The notes below the pieces were generated by a model. The model saw only the letters and a program-made list of their open reading frames with translations. It was not told the DNA's origin and did not search any database. From Mobula hypostoma (lineage: Eukaryota), in NCBI RefSeq assembly GCF_963921235.1, contig NC_086097.1, positions 60,204,001 through 60,268,000 on the forward strand: 64,000 nt of DNA, written 5' to 3'. This document shows, piece by piece, positions 36,420 to 50,067 of the stretch (positions are counted from its first letter, which is position 1; every line of letters starts with the position of its first letter). Position numbers and translations under genes: made by a program.

Positions 36420-39400
36420 AGCTGAAACAACAAGAGCATGACCAGCAACAGGAGGCTCCTGAGATCAGGACGACTAAGAGGAGGTCACGGGAGGCAGAGA
36501 ATGGTTGCAGGATTGCCTTGAGTTAGTGGACTGAGCCATGTTTAAGCACTCATTTGAGGATCTGAATGACTACACCAGGGTTGTAACAGACTTTATCAAA
36601 ACAGCTGTAGATGAGTGTATCCCCATGAAATTATTCAGGATTTTCCCCAATCACAAACCCTGGATAAACCATGAAGTCCAGAATTTGCTGAGAGCCAGAT
36701 CAGAGGCATTCAAGTCTGGAGATCAGGAATGCTACAACAGATGCAGGTATGACCTCTGGAAAACCATCTGAAGGGAAAAGTGGAGATTCTAAACTAGACT
36801 GAAGTAAGGAGGGATGCTCGACAGCTATGGTAGGGTTTGAATGCCAAAACCTCTTACAAAGTTAAATCTGGTGATGTAGGGGACAACAGAGCTTCGCTTC
36901 CAGATTACCTCAACGCCTTCTATGCTGGCTTTTACTACCAGAACAGGGAGGAAATATTGTGCACTCCCATGTCTCCCGATGATCCTTTGGTCTCAGTTCT
37001 GAAGATGATGTGCGGTTGCCTTCAAGAGAGTGAATCCAATGGAAGCATCCGGTCTGGATGGAGTACCTGGCCAGGTGCTGAAGACCTGTGCTGACCAACT
37101 GGCTGGTGTGTTCACAGATATCTTCAAGCTCTCACTCCAGCAGTGCATGGTACCTACCTGCTTCAAGCAGGCTTCAATCATATCAGTGCCCAAGAAGAGC
37201 GTAGTGTCATGCCTCAATGACTTTTGCCCAGTGGCACTTACATCCACTTGATGAAGTGTTTTGAATGGCTGGTGTTGAAACATATCAGCTCCTGTCTGAG
37301 TGGCGACTTGGAACAACTCTGATTTGCCTACTGAAGCACCAGGTTTACAGCAGATATCATCTCAGTGGCTCTTTACTCAACCCTCGAACATCTGGGTGGC
37401 AAAGATACATACATCATGATGCTCTTTATCAATTACAGCTCAGCATTTAATACTATCATTACCTCAAAACTAATCATAAAAAAAAATACTCCAAGACCTG
37501 GGCCTCAATAACCCCCTTGTGCAAACGGATCCTGGGTTTTCTCACTTGCTGACCCAGTCAGTTCAGATCGGCAAAAACATCTCCTCCACGATCTCCATCA
37601 GCACAGGTCCACCACAGGGATGTGTGCTTTGCCCCCTGCTCTACTTGCTTTACACTTTACAATGCTAAGACCAGCTCCAACACCATCTACAAGTTTGCTG
37701 ATGACGCCACCGCTGTGGGCCATATCAAAGGTGGTGATGAATCTGCATACAGGAGAGAGATTGAAAATTTGGCTGAATGGTGTTGTGACGAGAATACACA
37801 TAAATTAAGATGATTGCTGGCCTGGGCTAGCAACAGTGGCATCAGCAGTTGGTCTGCCACCTGTCCTCAGGGGAGGGAGAGATAAGGCACACAATGAGGC
37901 GATCTGGAGATGTGTAATGAAGGGACGGGAGAGAGAGCTGTCTAGAGCGGCTCCCCCCTTTGAACCCTGAACTGTTTGAAGTGATGGACAGTCGATACCC
38001 CAGCAGGGGGATAAAAAGGGACAGGTTCACTAAGGCAGGACACACACGACACCCGAGGTAACGAGACCCTGGAAGCAGTGCGCCTCTCACAAGTCGGTGG
38101 GAAGTATCAGACCAAAAACGCACAGGGTGGAAAGGTACGATCAGTGGGAACCCGGTGTGTGTCCACCCTCGCTTGGGTGCTGGGTTCACTGCAGAGGATC
38201 GACCGCATCTGGAGGAAGGATCACAGTCGGTGACCTCAGGTGACATCACAAAGGACCCGCCCGAAAGCTGCTTGTGAGCAATATCGCCGGTCTGTGAGTG
38301 GAAGCCGTTCTGAATGATCAGTCGTTCTTGTTCTCTCTCTCCCTCCCCCCATGTTGTCCATCGCCATGGCAATGATTACTGCGAACTGAACTAAATTGGA
38401 CTAAACTTTGTGTCACTTTGAAATTGGTCATTTATCCCTAGACAACGATAGAGCTTGATTGATGCTGTTATCTTAATTCCGTGCACATGTGTGTTTATCA
38501 TTGCTGAACTGTTGCATTTATTATCCTTTCGATTACTGTGTTGCTTGTTCCTTTAATAAAACTTTCTTAGTTCTAGTAATCCAGACTCCAACTGAGTGAT
38601 CCATTTCTGCTGGTTTGGCAACCCAGTTACGGGGTACGTAACAGTGTCATAACAACAACTCCTCACTCAATGACAACAAGACCAAGGAACGGTTTATAGA
38701 CTTCAGGATTGGGAAACCGGAGGTCCATGAACCAGTACTCATCAATGGACCAGGTGCGGAGAGGGTCAGTAACTTTAAATTCCTGGGTGTCACTATCGCA
38801 AATAGCTTGTCCTGGACCCATCATATAAATATAATTACAAAGAAAACATGACAGCACCTCTACTTCCTCAGTAGCCTGTGGAGGTTTGTCATGTCAGCAA
38901 AAACCTTGGCAAACTTCTATATAGATATGAGGAGGAAAGTGTGCTAATTGGCTGCATTATTGCTTGGTATGAGAACACTAATGCCTTTGAGTGGAAAGTC
39001 CTAAAAAGGTTGTGGATTTGGCCCAGTACATCATGGGAAAAGCCCTCCCAACCATTGAGCCCATCTCCATGAAATGTTGTTGTAGAAAAGCAGCATCCAT
39101 CATCAAAGATCCTCACTTCCCAGGCCATGCTCTTTTCTTACAGCTGCCGTCAGGAAGAAGGTCAAAGTGCCTCAGGACTCACACCACCATGTTCAAAAAC
39201 AGCTACTAGCTCTCAGTCATCAGGCTCCTATCGTAAGAGTATAACTACACACATTGTATTTCTGGTGTTCCCACAACGAATAGTCTCACTTTAAGGCTTC
39301 TTTATCTTGTTATTTCATGCTTGTTATTTATTTATATCTGCATTTCCACAGTTTGATTACAGTTAACAGTTCCTGATGTTTTCAGATTACAGTTACTGTT

Positions 39401-39489
39401 CTATAGACCTGTTAAGTTTGCCCACGGGAAAAAAGAATCTTATGACATGTAAGTACTCTGATAATAAATATTACTTTGAACTTTGAACT
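36420..39489 (+). mobile_element. Rex1/Babar LINE split by a solo LTR
   Basis: [49 protein letters not shown]; tail aataaatattac(tttgaac)n. Confidence 0.92.
37784..38643 (+). mobile_element. Solo LTR (860 bp)
   Basis: TGTGACG...CGTAACA termini; 4-bp TSD GTGT at 37780-83 and 38644-47; GATAAAA near 38010; AATAAA near 38555; CpGs retained. Confidence 0.9.
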
Positions 39490-41639
39490 ATGGGTCAAAA
39501 ACATTGCACATAGCCCTTGTCCTTCAAGATCCCATCTTCAGGATGGACCTGGCCATGGGACGTGCCTGCATTGTTATTCTGGACAATCTTGTAATGAAGT
39601 GCTAATGGCAGTGTGCACTCCAGAGCACCCATTGAAAGTGTTATTGAGCAGGTACGGTAAATGTTGCAGTAAGTAACCCCCCATCAAGCTACCCTACCAA
39701 ATCCTCCACACCACCACAGACATGCATTTTAGCAAGCTCTGTGCTTTGGAAGCAGTTTGAGCAGTTTGTAGTCAATGCTGCAGCTGTTATTTGAGGCATT
39801 CTGATGTCCAAAATGTGGCAGTGCATTGTTCTCCTCTCACTGCTATGACTTTTCACAATGGCTCTTTCTATCAGAGAAAAAAACCCTGAAAAATGTGATT
39901 CCCAAGGACTGACATCATTAATGGGTGTCTGGTGTTGTTAAAGTGTCAGACCCTCTAACCTGGATGGTGAATCTTATTGATTTCACCCAGAAAATAATCA
40001 GTAAAGCAATCTACTTGGGGTAAAGCTTCATTTTAGATTGTATACCGCTGAAGAATAGAGTGTGACTTGATCCACAATTCAGACAGTTTATGTGCACAAA
40101 TGTTCTGAAATCTCTCAATAAAATAATAGCATTAGAATGAATTGAGCAGAGTGAATATATTTTCTATTGGAGGCTCTATCCAAACTGTTGAAAGCACAGT
40201 TAATGTTCCTTTCTAATCTGACAGATAAGAAAATGTTATATATGAAAATGTTGTAGCATTAAACTATAAGAAAGCAACATACACTTAATTGCATCTTCAA
40301 AAAGGTCATTTTACCAAAGGCTAAAAGAGGTAATTTGAATGATCCTCTGGTATATAGTTGTTCACATAATAGAAACTAAAGGTCAGGCCCATAATGCCAC
40401 AGCTGCTATATGTTAGAGACAACCATGCATAATGTTTTAATTTTTGAACAACAGTTCATGCTTGGCTTATTTTTCCAATTCATCTGTTGCCAACCAAACA
40501 CCTAATGTTAATAGATTGCAAATAAATATGCTCAAAATATATCTGTTTGAAGTAATGACTTTAGAAAGCTAGTATATTGCCCCCTAGGATGCTGCTAATT
40601 AAACTTAATATTTCTTTTTCACAGTGGACTATCATTTAGGTTGTTGAATAATGTGAACCATTTATGGTTGGAAAATCTGTTGCTTAGCAGGAAAACAGAA
40701 AAAGAAATATTTGGATAGAGTGGCTCAGAAGAAGAACACTTTAATTTTTAAAAAAATGTTTATACTGATAATATACTTGCACAGCATGATGCACTTTTGC
40801 TTTTGGGCATTTATATTCATCAGGCTAGACACACAGATGAAAAAGCTTGCAATTAAGCCCGTCTAATTTTCTATCCATTAATTAAAATGGATGAAAGATC
40901 AAAGAGCCTCTTTACTATTTGATTAACTTCTTATATTTCATTATAAAATGTTAAATAGATTAAGAACAAATTAATTGGATTATTGTGGTAATATTTCTAA
41001 AAGATAAAAACAGGAAATAAATATGAAAATATCTGATCTCAGCAGTTCATCCTTGGTCAAAGATCAGATTTTAGAAATGGACTGAGCATGCAGTAGCTAT
41101 TAAATTGTGCATTTAAGTCTAGCCTCTGAGGGTAGATTTCTAACCCTAAATTAAAGTGTTTGTGTTTATATCTGCCTTGAGAAAGGTCACTAAAGAGTTG
41201 GAAACTGTTCAAAATACTTATAACTAGTATAAGAAGATCAGTTCTGCCTTCAGATACCCTGTTTAATTGTCCCTTTCCCTGTAGCCCTGTGAACACTCAT
41301 GTCCAAGTGCATTTGCCTGCAAACTGCCTGCAGGCATTTAGCCTGAACTGTGGGGAAATATCTGGCTGACCTCAAAGACGGAGATCAACTCATTCAGTGC
41401 AGCTTCAAGCAATTTTGTATGTTATGCTTATACAGATATTTGATCGACAAATGTTTGGGATTTAAAAGTCATACATTACATTTAATTGGACACTCTTTTA
41501 AAAGCATTTATCAGCCTTTACGTTGAAATTGCATACCTAATTTACTATTTTCAGAGATCGATAAACAATTCTGCTATGGGCATGCCAGCAACAAACACAG
41601 TAGATAATGCCCAGATATGCTATGAAAATGAATGAAATT

Positions 41640-41815
41640 CATGGGTTTTCTTTTTCTTGCACAATCGGGTTTGGTCTTTCAATTTTATTTTTATTCTTTT
41701 TTTTCTTTAATTGGGTTCTTTCAGGTTTCTTGCTTTGTGGCTACCTGCGAGTAAACAAATCTCAAGGTTGCATAATTTATACATTCTTTGATCATGAATG
41801 TGGTTAAATCTTGAA
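41640..41815 (+). mobile_element. Short fragment with Rex1-type tail
   Basis: Matches the 3' part of 15790-15958 (caaatctcaaggttg..). Confidence 0.6.
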
Positions 41816-41934
41816 GAACTGAGTGTCAGTTTTGCGGAGTGCAAGAGGTAGAAAAGCACAGTTTGCTTACAATTTTAACTGTTCAAACCAAACCAGCTCA
41901 ATGAGTATTGCTGATATTGTGAATGCAATGAAGG

Positions 41935-42351
41935 AATATAGAAGAATGAGGGGAGACCTCATAGAAACATTTTGAATGTTGAAAGGCATGGACAGAGTGG
42001 ATGCGGCAAAGTTGTTTCCCATGATGGGGGAGTCTAGTACGAGAGGGCATGACTTAAGGGATTGAAGGGCGCCCATTCAGAAAACAGAAATGCAAAGAAA
42101 TTTTTTTAGTCAGAGGGTGGTGAATCTATGGAATTTGTTGCCACGGGCAGCAGTGGAGGCCAAGTCATTGGGTGTATTTAAGGTAGAGATTGATAGGTAT
42201 CTGAGTAGCCAGGGTATCAAAGGTAATGGTGAGAAGGCGGGGGAGTGGGACTAAATGGGAGAATGGATCAGCTCATGATAAAATGGCGGAGCAGACGCGA
42301 TGGGCCGAATGGCCAACTTCTGCTCCTTTGTCTTATGGTCTTATGATCTTA
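41935..42351 (+). mobile_element. CR1 3' end (young)
   Basis: agaagaatgaggggagacctcatagaa..cagagggtggtgaatctatggaat..; tail gtcttatggtcttatgatcttat. Confidence 0.92.
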
Positions 42352-43564
42352 TAATATTTAGAACCAAAACCATTATTGATTTCAGTATGCTTTAGGTCCA
42401 TAAGCAGAATCAAAAGGAAGGGGAGTACTTTTCAACTTACATCGCTGAATTGAATAAATTGTCCGAGCTTAACGATGCATTGAAAGATCATTTAGTTTGT
42501 GAAATATTACATTCTAAATGGCTCTAAATTGAAGCACAATGCACATTTAAAAGAGCAGTTGAATTTGCTGTATCAATGGAAACCACAGCCATCAATGCAA
42601 TTAAGTTGTAGTCATGAATGAAAGTGAGTGTGAACAAATTTGCAACATGTCAACAGAAACCGGCCTGGCTGAAGAAATTGTGTTACCATTGTGCCAGGGA
42701 CTCACATACACCAAACCAATGCAGGTTTAAAGGTGAAACTTGCAGAAAACGAAACAGAGTACGCACATGCAAAGAGCACGTCGGGTAGACAAAATAAAGG
42801 GACTGCACAAAGAGATAAAGCTAAAGAGTCACATTGCAGTTTCAAAAAGAATGTGCATGCTGTTGATGAAAAATTTGATAATGATGGAAGTGGCTCAAGA
42901 CTTGATAGCCTTGCAATTTACAATGTGAAAACTAACAAGAGACAAGCAATATGGCTTACAACAGAAGTGAACAGCAAATTAATTAAAATGGAATGCACAG
43001 CTGTTTCAGTCATTTCACAAAATGAACTTGCACAACATTTCAAAGATACTGAACTGAAGCCTACGGATATCTGACTAAAAATTTATACTGGTGAAATATA
43101 ACACATGTGGGAATTTCATTTTTAACAGTGAAATGCAACCAACAAGCCGCACCGGGCTTGTAGGTGGTAAAACAGGTGGGCCAGCAATTTGGGACTGTAT
43201 TTGGCTGAGACAGCTACAAATTTATTAAAACAGTTGTAGACGAGTGTACACCCAGAAAATTATTCGGAGTCTTCCCCAAACACAAACTATGATGAACCAT
43301 AAGATCACAATCTGCTGAGGACAAGACCAGTGGCAGTCAAGTCTGCAGACCAACAAAGTTACAAGAGCTATAGGTACGATCTCTGGAAAGCCATTTCATG
43401 GACAAAGTGGCAATCCTGGAGTAAACCTGAATCAAGGAAGGAGGCTCAGCATTTTGGTAAGGCTTGAATTCCATCACTTCTTAAGTGTTAAATGAAGTGA
43501 CGTAGATGACAACAGGGCTTTGCTTCCTGATGGGCTCAATGTCTTCTACGCTTGCTATGCTTCT

Positions 43565-43885
43565 ACTATTAAGGACCTCCAGCACCCAGGGCATGCCCTT
43601 TTCTCACTGTTATAATCAGGTAGGAGATACAGAAGCCTGAGGGCACAAACTCAGCAATTCAGGAACAGCTTCTTCCCCTCTGCCATCTGATTCCTAAATG
43701 GACATTAAACTTTGGACACTACCTCACTTTTTTTAAAATAAACCATATTTCTGTTTTTTTTAATCTATTCAATATACATAATTGATTTATTTGCTGTTTT
43801 TCTCTCTGCTAGATTATGTATTACTTTGAACCGCTTAACAAATTTCACATCACGTGCCGTGATAATAAACAGATTCTGATTCTGA
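43565..43885 (+). mobile_element. Rex1 3' end with (gattct)n tail
   Basis: attaaggacctccagcacccagg..gataataaacagattctgattctga; near-copy of 50229-50600. Confidence 0.85.
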
Positions 43886-44376
43886 TCATCAAAACAGGGG
43901 AACCATCACAAACTCCCATAGCACCCAATAATCATGAGATTTCAGTCTCTGATGCTGACATGCAAGCAGTTTTCAGGAGGGTGAACCTACAAAGAGCATA
44001 TGGCGCAGTTGGAGTAGCTGGCCAATTACTAAAGACCTGTGCTGATCAGCTAGCTGGAGTGTTCATTAAGATCTTTAACCTCTCGCTTTGGCGGTCTGGG
44101 GTACCACTTATACTAGTACCTTAGAAGAATGTGGTTTCCTACCTCAATGACTATCATCCAGTGGCACCTACATTCACAGTGACAAATTGGTTTTCGAGAT
44201 TGTTAATGGTAATCACCTCCTGCCTGAGAAGGTACTTGGATCTGTTTCAATTTACCTCCTGGAACAACAAGTCCACAGAAGGTGCCACCTTATAGACACT
44301 TTACTCAACCCTGAAACAGTTGGACAGCATAGATGCATATTTCAGGATGCTTTTTAGGAGCAACAGCTTGGCATTC

Positions 44377-44593
44377 AGGCCGGCTGGTGGCGTAGTGGCA
44401 TCAGCGCCGGACTTCGGAGCGAAGGTCCCCGAGTTCAAATCCAGCTGGCTCCCTTGCACGCTTTCCATCCATACTGGGTTGAGCGTCGAGTTAGCAACTC
44501 AGCCTCGTAAAAATCAGAAAGCCTGCTAAAAAAAATTACGCTGTCACAACAGTGTCCTAGTGACTCCACTTGGAGTTAAGGGCTTTCTTCTTC
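44377..44593 (+). mobile_element. tRNA-derived SINE with (TTC)n tail
   Basis: A box TGGCGTAGTGG (44388-98), B box GAGTTCAAATCC (44431-42); 14-bp TSD ACAGCTTGGCATTC at 44363-76 and 44594-607. Confidence 0.9.
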
Positions 44594-44887
44594 ACAGCTT
44601 GGCATTCCATGATCCCTTCGACTGTAATCAGTAAGCTTCAAAATCTTGGATTCAGTACCCCTCCTTGTGTAACTGGATCTTTGATTTCTGAACTTGCAGA
44701 CTTCTTCCTCGCTTTACACTGTGTGGCTAAGCACAGCTCCAATGCCATATTCATGTTTGCTGATGGCACCACTGTGTAGGCCTAATCAAAGGTGGTGATG
44801 AATCAGCATAGAGGAGGGAGATTAAATATCTGTCTGAGAGGTACCACAACAATAACCTCTCATTCAATGGCAGCAAAACCAAAGAGT

Positions 44888-46346
44888 AAGACCATAAGAC
44901 TATGACATAGGAGCAGAATTAGGCCATTCAGCCATCAAGTCTGGTCCACCACTCCATCATGGCTGATCCCGGATCCCACTCAACCCTTACACCTGCCTTC
45001 CTGCTTTGATGGCTTGACTGACCAGGAAACTATCAACTTTCACCTTAAGTATATACACAGACTTGGCCTCCATTGCAGTCTGTGGCAGAGCATTCCACAG
45101 ACTTTCCACTCTCTGGCAAAAAAAATTCCTCCTTACCTCTGTTCTAAAAGTTGTCCCTCAATTTTGTCGCTGTGCCCTCTAACTCTGGATACCCCCACCA
45201 TAGGAAACATCGTCTCCACATCCACCCTATCTAGTCCTTTCAAAATCTGGTAGGTTTCAATGAGATCCTCCCCCCCCCCACCCACCAACCCACCCCCTGC
45301 ATTCTTCTAAATTCCAGTGAGTACAGCCCCAAAACTGCCAATTGCTCCTCATACGTTAACCTCTTCTTTCCCAGAATCATCTTCATGAACCTCCTCTGAA
45401 CTCTCTCCAATGACAATGTATCTTTTCTGAGATATAGGGCCCAAAACTGTTGACAATACTCTAGGTGTGGCCTGACTAGTGTCTTATAAAGGCTCAGCAT
45501 TATCTTCTCACTTTTATATTCTATTCCCCTTGAAATAAATACCAATATTGCATTTGCTTTCTTTACCAAACCTGTAAATTAACCGTCTAGGAATCTTGCA
45601 CGAGGATGCCTAAGTCCCTCTGCACCTCTGCTGTTTGAACCTTCTCCCAATTTAGATAATAATCTGTAGTATTGTTCCTTAAATCAAAATACATTATCTT
45701 ACATTTCCCAACACTGTTGTCAGTACCTCCAGTTGAACTTTTTATTTTTATGTGCTTTCCCCCTAGTCATCAGTCTGTGATCTTATATTGTCATGTGCTC
45801 TTTTTTTCTCGTGCTCCTGTCCCCGCTCCTGCTCTACTCCAGCCCCTGTATTACTGAGTACTCTGCCTCTTACCTGTTTCTCATTATTACCTGTTTCATT
45901 GATCTCCACCTATCACCTGCCTCTCTGTTTATTGCTCAGTGTATTTCAGTCCTGTATTTTCACCTGTTCGATGCCACATTAGGTCAGCGAATTTTCCCTG
46001 AGCCTTTCCATCATTCATATCTGTACTGTGTCTATCAGACTATCGACTCTGCCTGTTTCCCGATTCTGGTTTTTGGATTTCTCTGGACATTTTGATCTCT
46101 GTCCGAACTTTGACACTGACCTTGTTTGCACCTCGGGATTTGTTACTCAATTAATATCACTGTGTGCACAGTACTGGGTCTGCGATTGGATCCCTGTTCC
46201 AGTGTCCTGACAACTGTATTCGAACTGCCACTTTTTTACCCATTCTTCCAATTTATCTAAGTCCTGCTGCAATTGCATTGCTTCCTCAGCACTACCTACC
46301 TCTCTTCCTATTTTTGTATCATCTGAAAACTTTGCCACAAAGCCAC
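44888..46346 (-). mobile_element. CR1 3' portion split by a solo LTR
   Basis: KKANAIL..LYKTLVRPHLEYCQQFW, KFSDDTKIG..QQDLDKLEEW; tail at 44888-44908. Confidence 0.9.
45718..46212. mobile_element. Solo LTR (495 bp)
   Basis: TGTCAG...CTGACA perfect 6-bp inverted termini; 5-bp TSD ACTGT at 45713-17 and 46213-17. Confidence 0.9.
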
Positions 46347-47544
46347 TACAGCTTGGCATTCAAAACCATGATCCCCTCAACAGCAATCAATAGTCTTTAA
46401 GATCTTGAATTCAGTACCTTCATGTGTAACTGGATCTTTGATTTCGCAATTTGCAAACTTCTTCCTCGCTTTACACTTATGTCTGTGTGGCTAAGCACAG
46501 CTCCAATGCCACATTCAAATTTGCTGATGGCACCACTGTCGCAGACCACATCAAAGGTGGCGATGAATTAGCACTGAGTAGATAATTGACTTCAGGAGAA
46601 AGGAAACGAGAGTTTCTTGCGCCATTCCTCATTTGAGAATCACAGGTGTAGAGGGTCAGCAACAATATATTCCTTGGTGTTATCATTTTGGACAAACTGT
46701 CCTGCGCTTAGCACATAAGAGCAATTACAAGGAAAGCACAGCAGTGCCTCTACTTCCTTAGGAGGTTGCAAAAATTCGGCATGACTTCTAAAACTTTGAC
46801 AAACCTATAAATGTGTAGTCAAGAGTATATTGACTTGATGCTTCAGAGCCTGGCCTGGAAACACCAATGCCCTTGAATGGAAAATCCTACAAAAAGTAGT
46901 GCATATGGCCCAGTCCATCATGGGTAAAGCTTCCCCCACCATTGAGCACATCTACATGAGGAATTATCATTGGAAAGCAACATTCCTCATCAGGGACCTC
47001 CACCACTCAGGTCACGCTGTCTTCTCACTGCTGCCATCAGGTACAGCAGCCTTAGTTCTCACAACACCGGGTTCAGGAACAGTTATTACCCCTCAACCAC
47101 CAGGCTCTTGAACAAAAGTGGATAACTTCACTAACTTCATTTACCACATCATTGAAATGTTCCCACAACCTGTGGACTCACTTTCAAGGACTCTTCATCT
47201 CATGTTCTTGATACGTATTGCTTGCTTGCTTGTTTGCTTTATTTATTTATTTGTTTGTTTATTCATTCATTTATTTATTATATCTTTCTCTTTGCATTTA
47301 CACAGTTTGTTGCCTTTTGCACAATAGTTGAACACCAAAGTTGGTGCAGTCTTTCATTGATTCTATTATGATTATTATTCTATTATGGATTTATTGAGTA
47401 TGCCCTCAAGAAAATAAATCTTAGGGTTGTATACCATGACATATATGTACTTTGATAATAAATTTACTTTGAATTTTGAACTTTGAATTCTGTTTGGTGA
47501 TCCGCCCACCCTTTGCTTGTAACATAGCCGGCAACAGAGTCAAC

Positions 47545-47911
47545 CAGTTACAAAAACAGTTCCTGCCCCTCGACCATCAGGGTCTTGAATCAAAGCAGAT
47601 AACTTCACTCAACTTCACTTACCGAAAATTGAGATGTTCCCACAACCTATGAGTTCACTTTCAAGGACTCTTCATCTCATGTTCTTGATACTTATTGCTT
47701 ATTTATTCATTATTATTATTTTGTTTCCTTTGTATTTGCAGTTTGTTGTCTTTTGCAATCTGCTTGTTCATCCTGTTGGGTGTGGTCTTCCATTGACTCT
47801 ATTATGCTTCTTAGATTTAATGAGCATGCCCGCAAGATAACAGCATCTTAGGGTTTTACAATATATGATGACATATATGTACTTAAGTAATAAATTTACA
47901 TTGAACTTTGA
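47545..47911 (+). mobile_element. Rex1 3' UTR fragment
   Basis: Homologous to 47070-47490 (aaggactcttcatctcatgttcttgata..aataaatttac..gaactttg). Confidence 0.8.
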
Positions 47912-48303
47912 TCTTACTGTGGTCATTGCAGACACACAATTATTACACGAGTGTTCTGAGAAAAGTCAAGCAGTGGTAGATACCCTCAGGCCAAAGGACA
48001 TGTCATAGGTTCTTTTTAGGATTTGTCAATTAATATAATAGGTCCCTGCCACAACTGCATACAGTGGTCCACCCCATCAACTCTTGACTATAGATTGGGA
48101 AGATATGGCAGTAGATAAAACAATGTGAGGTGGCTTTCTAAAAGGTAAAGAAAATGATGATGCCAGACACTGTACTCACACATTATGATTCACATGGTTC
48201 AGTGAAGCTTGCCTGTGACAGCTTGCTTTATGATATAAGTGAATGTATGTCACATGTTATGAGTGATAGAAGTGAACATCCTATAGCCTTTGTGTCACGT
48301 TCC

Positions 48304-48590
48304 TATCATCAGGGACCTCCACAACCCAGGTCATGCTCTCTTCTCACTGCTACCATCAGGAAGAAGATACAGGAGTCTCAGGACGCACAACACCAGGTTC
48401 AGTAACAATTATTACCCCAAACATTAGGCTCTTGAACCAAAAGAGATTACTTCGCTAACCTCACTTGCCCATCATCGAGATGTTCCTACAACTCAAAGAA
48501 TCACTTTCAAGGACTCTTCATCTCATGTTCTCGATACTTTTGCTTGTTTATTTATTATTATTATTTCTTTCTTTTTGTATTTGCACAGTT
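48304..48590 (+). mobile_element. Rex1 3' fragment within the Gypsy B RNase H region
   Basis: atcatcagggacctccac..ctgctaccatcagg..aaggactcttcatctcatgttc. Confidence 0.8.
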
Positions 48591-49443
48591 GCTGCAGTGA
48601 AAATTTATACACAGATTGACAGAGAGCCCTTGACTCTGGTTTAGTGTGAAAAACGTTTCAACCTGTAATTGCACGGGAGAGAGTTTACCCTCATTACTAA
48701 CTATCAACTATTAGTGCCCATTTTCAATGGACAGAAAAGTGCTCCACTAACAGCATCAGTACAAAAGAAGAGATAGGCTCTGTTACTTGGAGAACACAAT
48801 TATAAGAATGAATTTAAGAAGACAATTAATCATGGAAATGCTGATGAATTGTCCCATTTCCTCTTGGAAAAGCAAATATCTGAAAAATGTACAGAAGAGG
48901 AAATTCCTCTTGATTTATTCTCCCTAATGCAAATTTAAAGTCTTCCTATTATGGCAAAGATGATTCAAAGGGAAACCAGAAAAGACCCGACAATGTCTCA
49001 GGTTTACTCGTCAGCCCAAAATGGCTGGAATGTACAGCAGAAATTCCAGTTCCCTCATTTTAACCAGTGCTGAGATTAACTTCCACTTGATGGGGATTGC
49101 CTAATATGAGGATTGAAAGCTGCTGTACCATCCATGTTGAGAGCTAATTTGCTGGAGGAACTACATGCCAGTCATCTAGATGTGGTCAAGATGAAAAGGT
49201 TAGCTCGAAGCTTCATCTGGTGGCCTGGGATAGATCAGGATATTGAGCAGTATTCCATCCACTGTTTGGGATGCCAACACATCCAGAACATGCCAAGAGC
49301 AACGCCTCTCCATTCTTTCATTGCCCTGGCAGAGGATTAATGTGGATTTTGCTGGACCATTCATGAGCACAAATTTCTTGGTTGTAGTGGATGCAGCTAC
49401 AATGTGACCAGGAGTGCTCCCAATAATCTCCACTACAGCCTCA

Positions 49444-50067
49444 GATAATAGAAAGGAAGTGGAAGCAAGTGACTGATTCTGACTTCCTTGCTCCAAAGAT
49501 TTCTATAGCTGGTAACTGCAACCACAAAATTAAACAGCACTTACTTCTGGGGAGGGCAAGCAATGGCAAATTTAGATAAAATACTGAACAGCAGAGACCT
49601 AACATTGTCTCTGAGGATCCATATAGTCAAGTGTATGGTATTTCCAGTTGTGGTGTATGGCTGAGAGAGCTGGACTATTCGTAAGGATGAATACAAAAGA
49701 ATCAATGCCTTTGAATGTGGATGCTGGAGGAAAGTGTTTGTTGGACAGCAAGAAGATCCAGTAAGTCAATACTTGAAGAAATACAGCCAGACTGCTCACT
49801 AGGAGGCTTGATTATGAGACAAAAGCTCAAATATTTTGGCCACATCATGAGAAGACAGGTTTCCTTGGAGAAGACTCTCATGTTAGGTAAAACAGAAGGT
49901 AAAAGAAGGAGAGGACGACAGAGGCTGTGATGGATAGATAATGATACTCAGACAATGTGTATGACCTTGGGGGATCGTAGAGACGCAGTTTCCCAACAAG
50001 AAGGCTTGGTGTGCAGCAGTCCATGATGTCATGAAGAGTCAGACTCGACTTAACGACTGAACAACAA
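49444..50067 (+). mobile_element. BovB-like RTE LINE 3' portion
   Basis: WTARRSSKSILEEI..LKYFGHIMRR..GKTEGKRRRGRQR; (aac)n tail; imperfect 9-bp TSD ACAGCCTCA/ACATCCTCA (49435-43, 50068-76). Confidence 0.92.

Larger units (their letters stand above)
43220..47490 (+). mobile_element. Rex1/Babar LINE nested in Gypsy B, itself interrupted
   Basis: [36 protein letters not shown]; tail aataaatttactttgaattttgaactttgaa. Confidence 0.85.

Noticed and set aside
44377..44455. tRNA gene
   Set aside because: A and B boxes are present, but it continues into a SINE body and tail and is flanked by a TSD.
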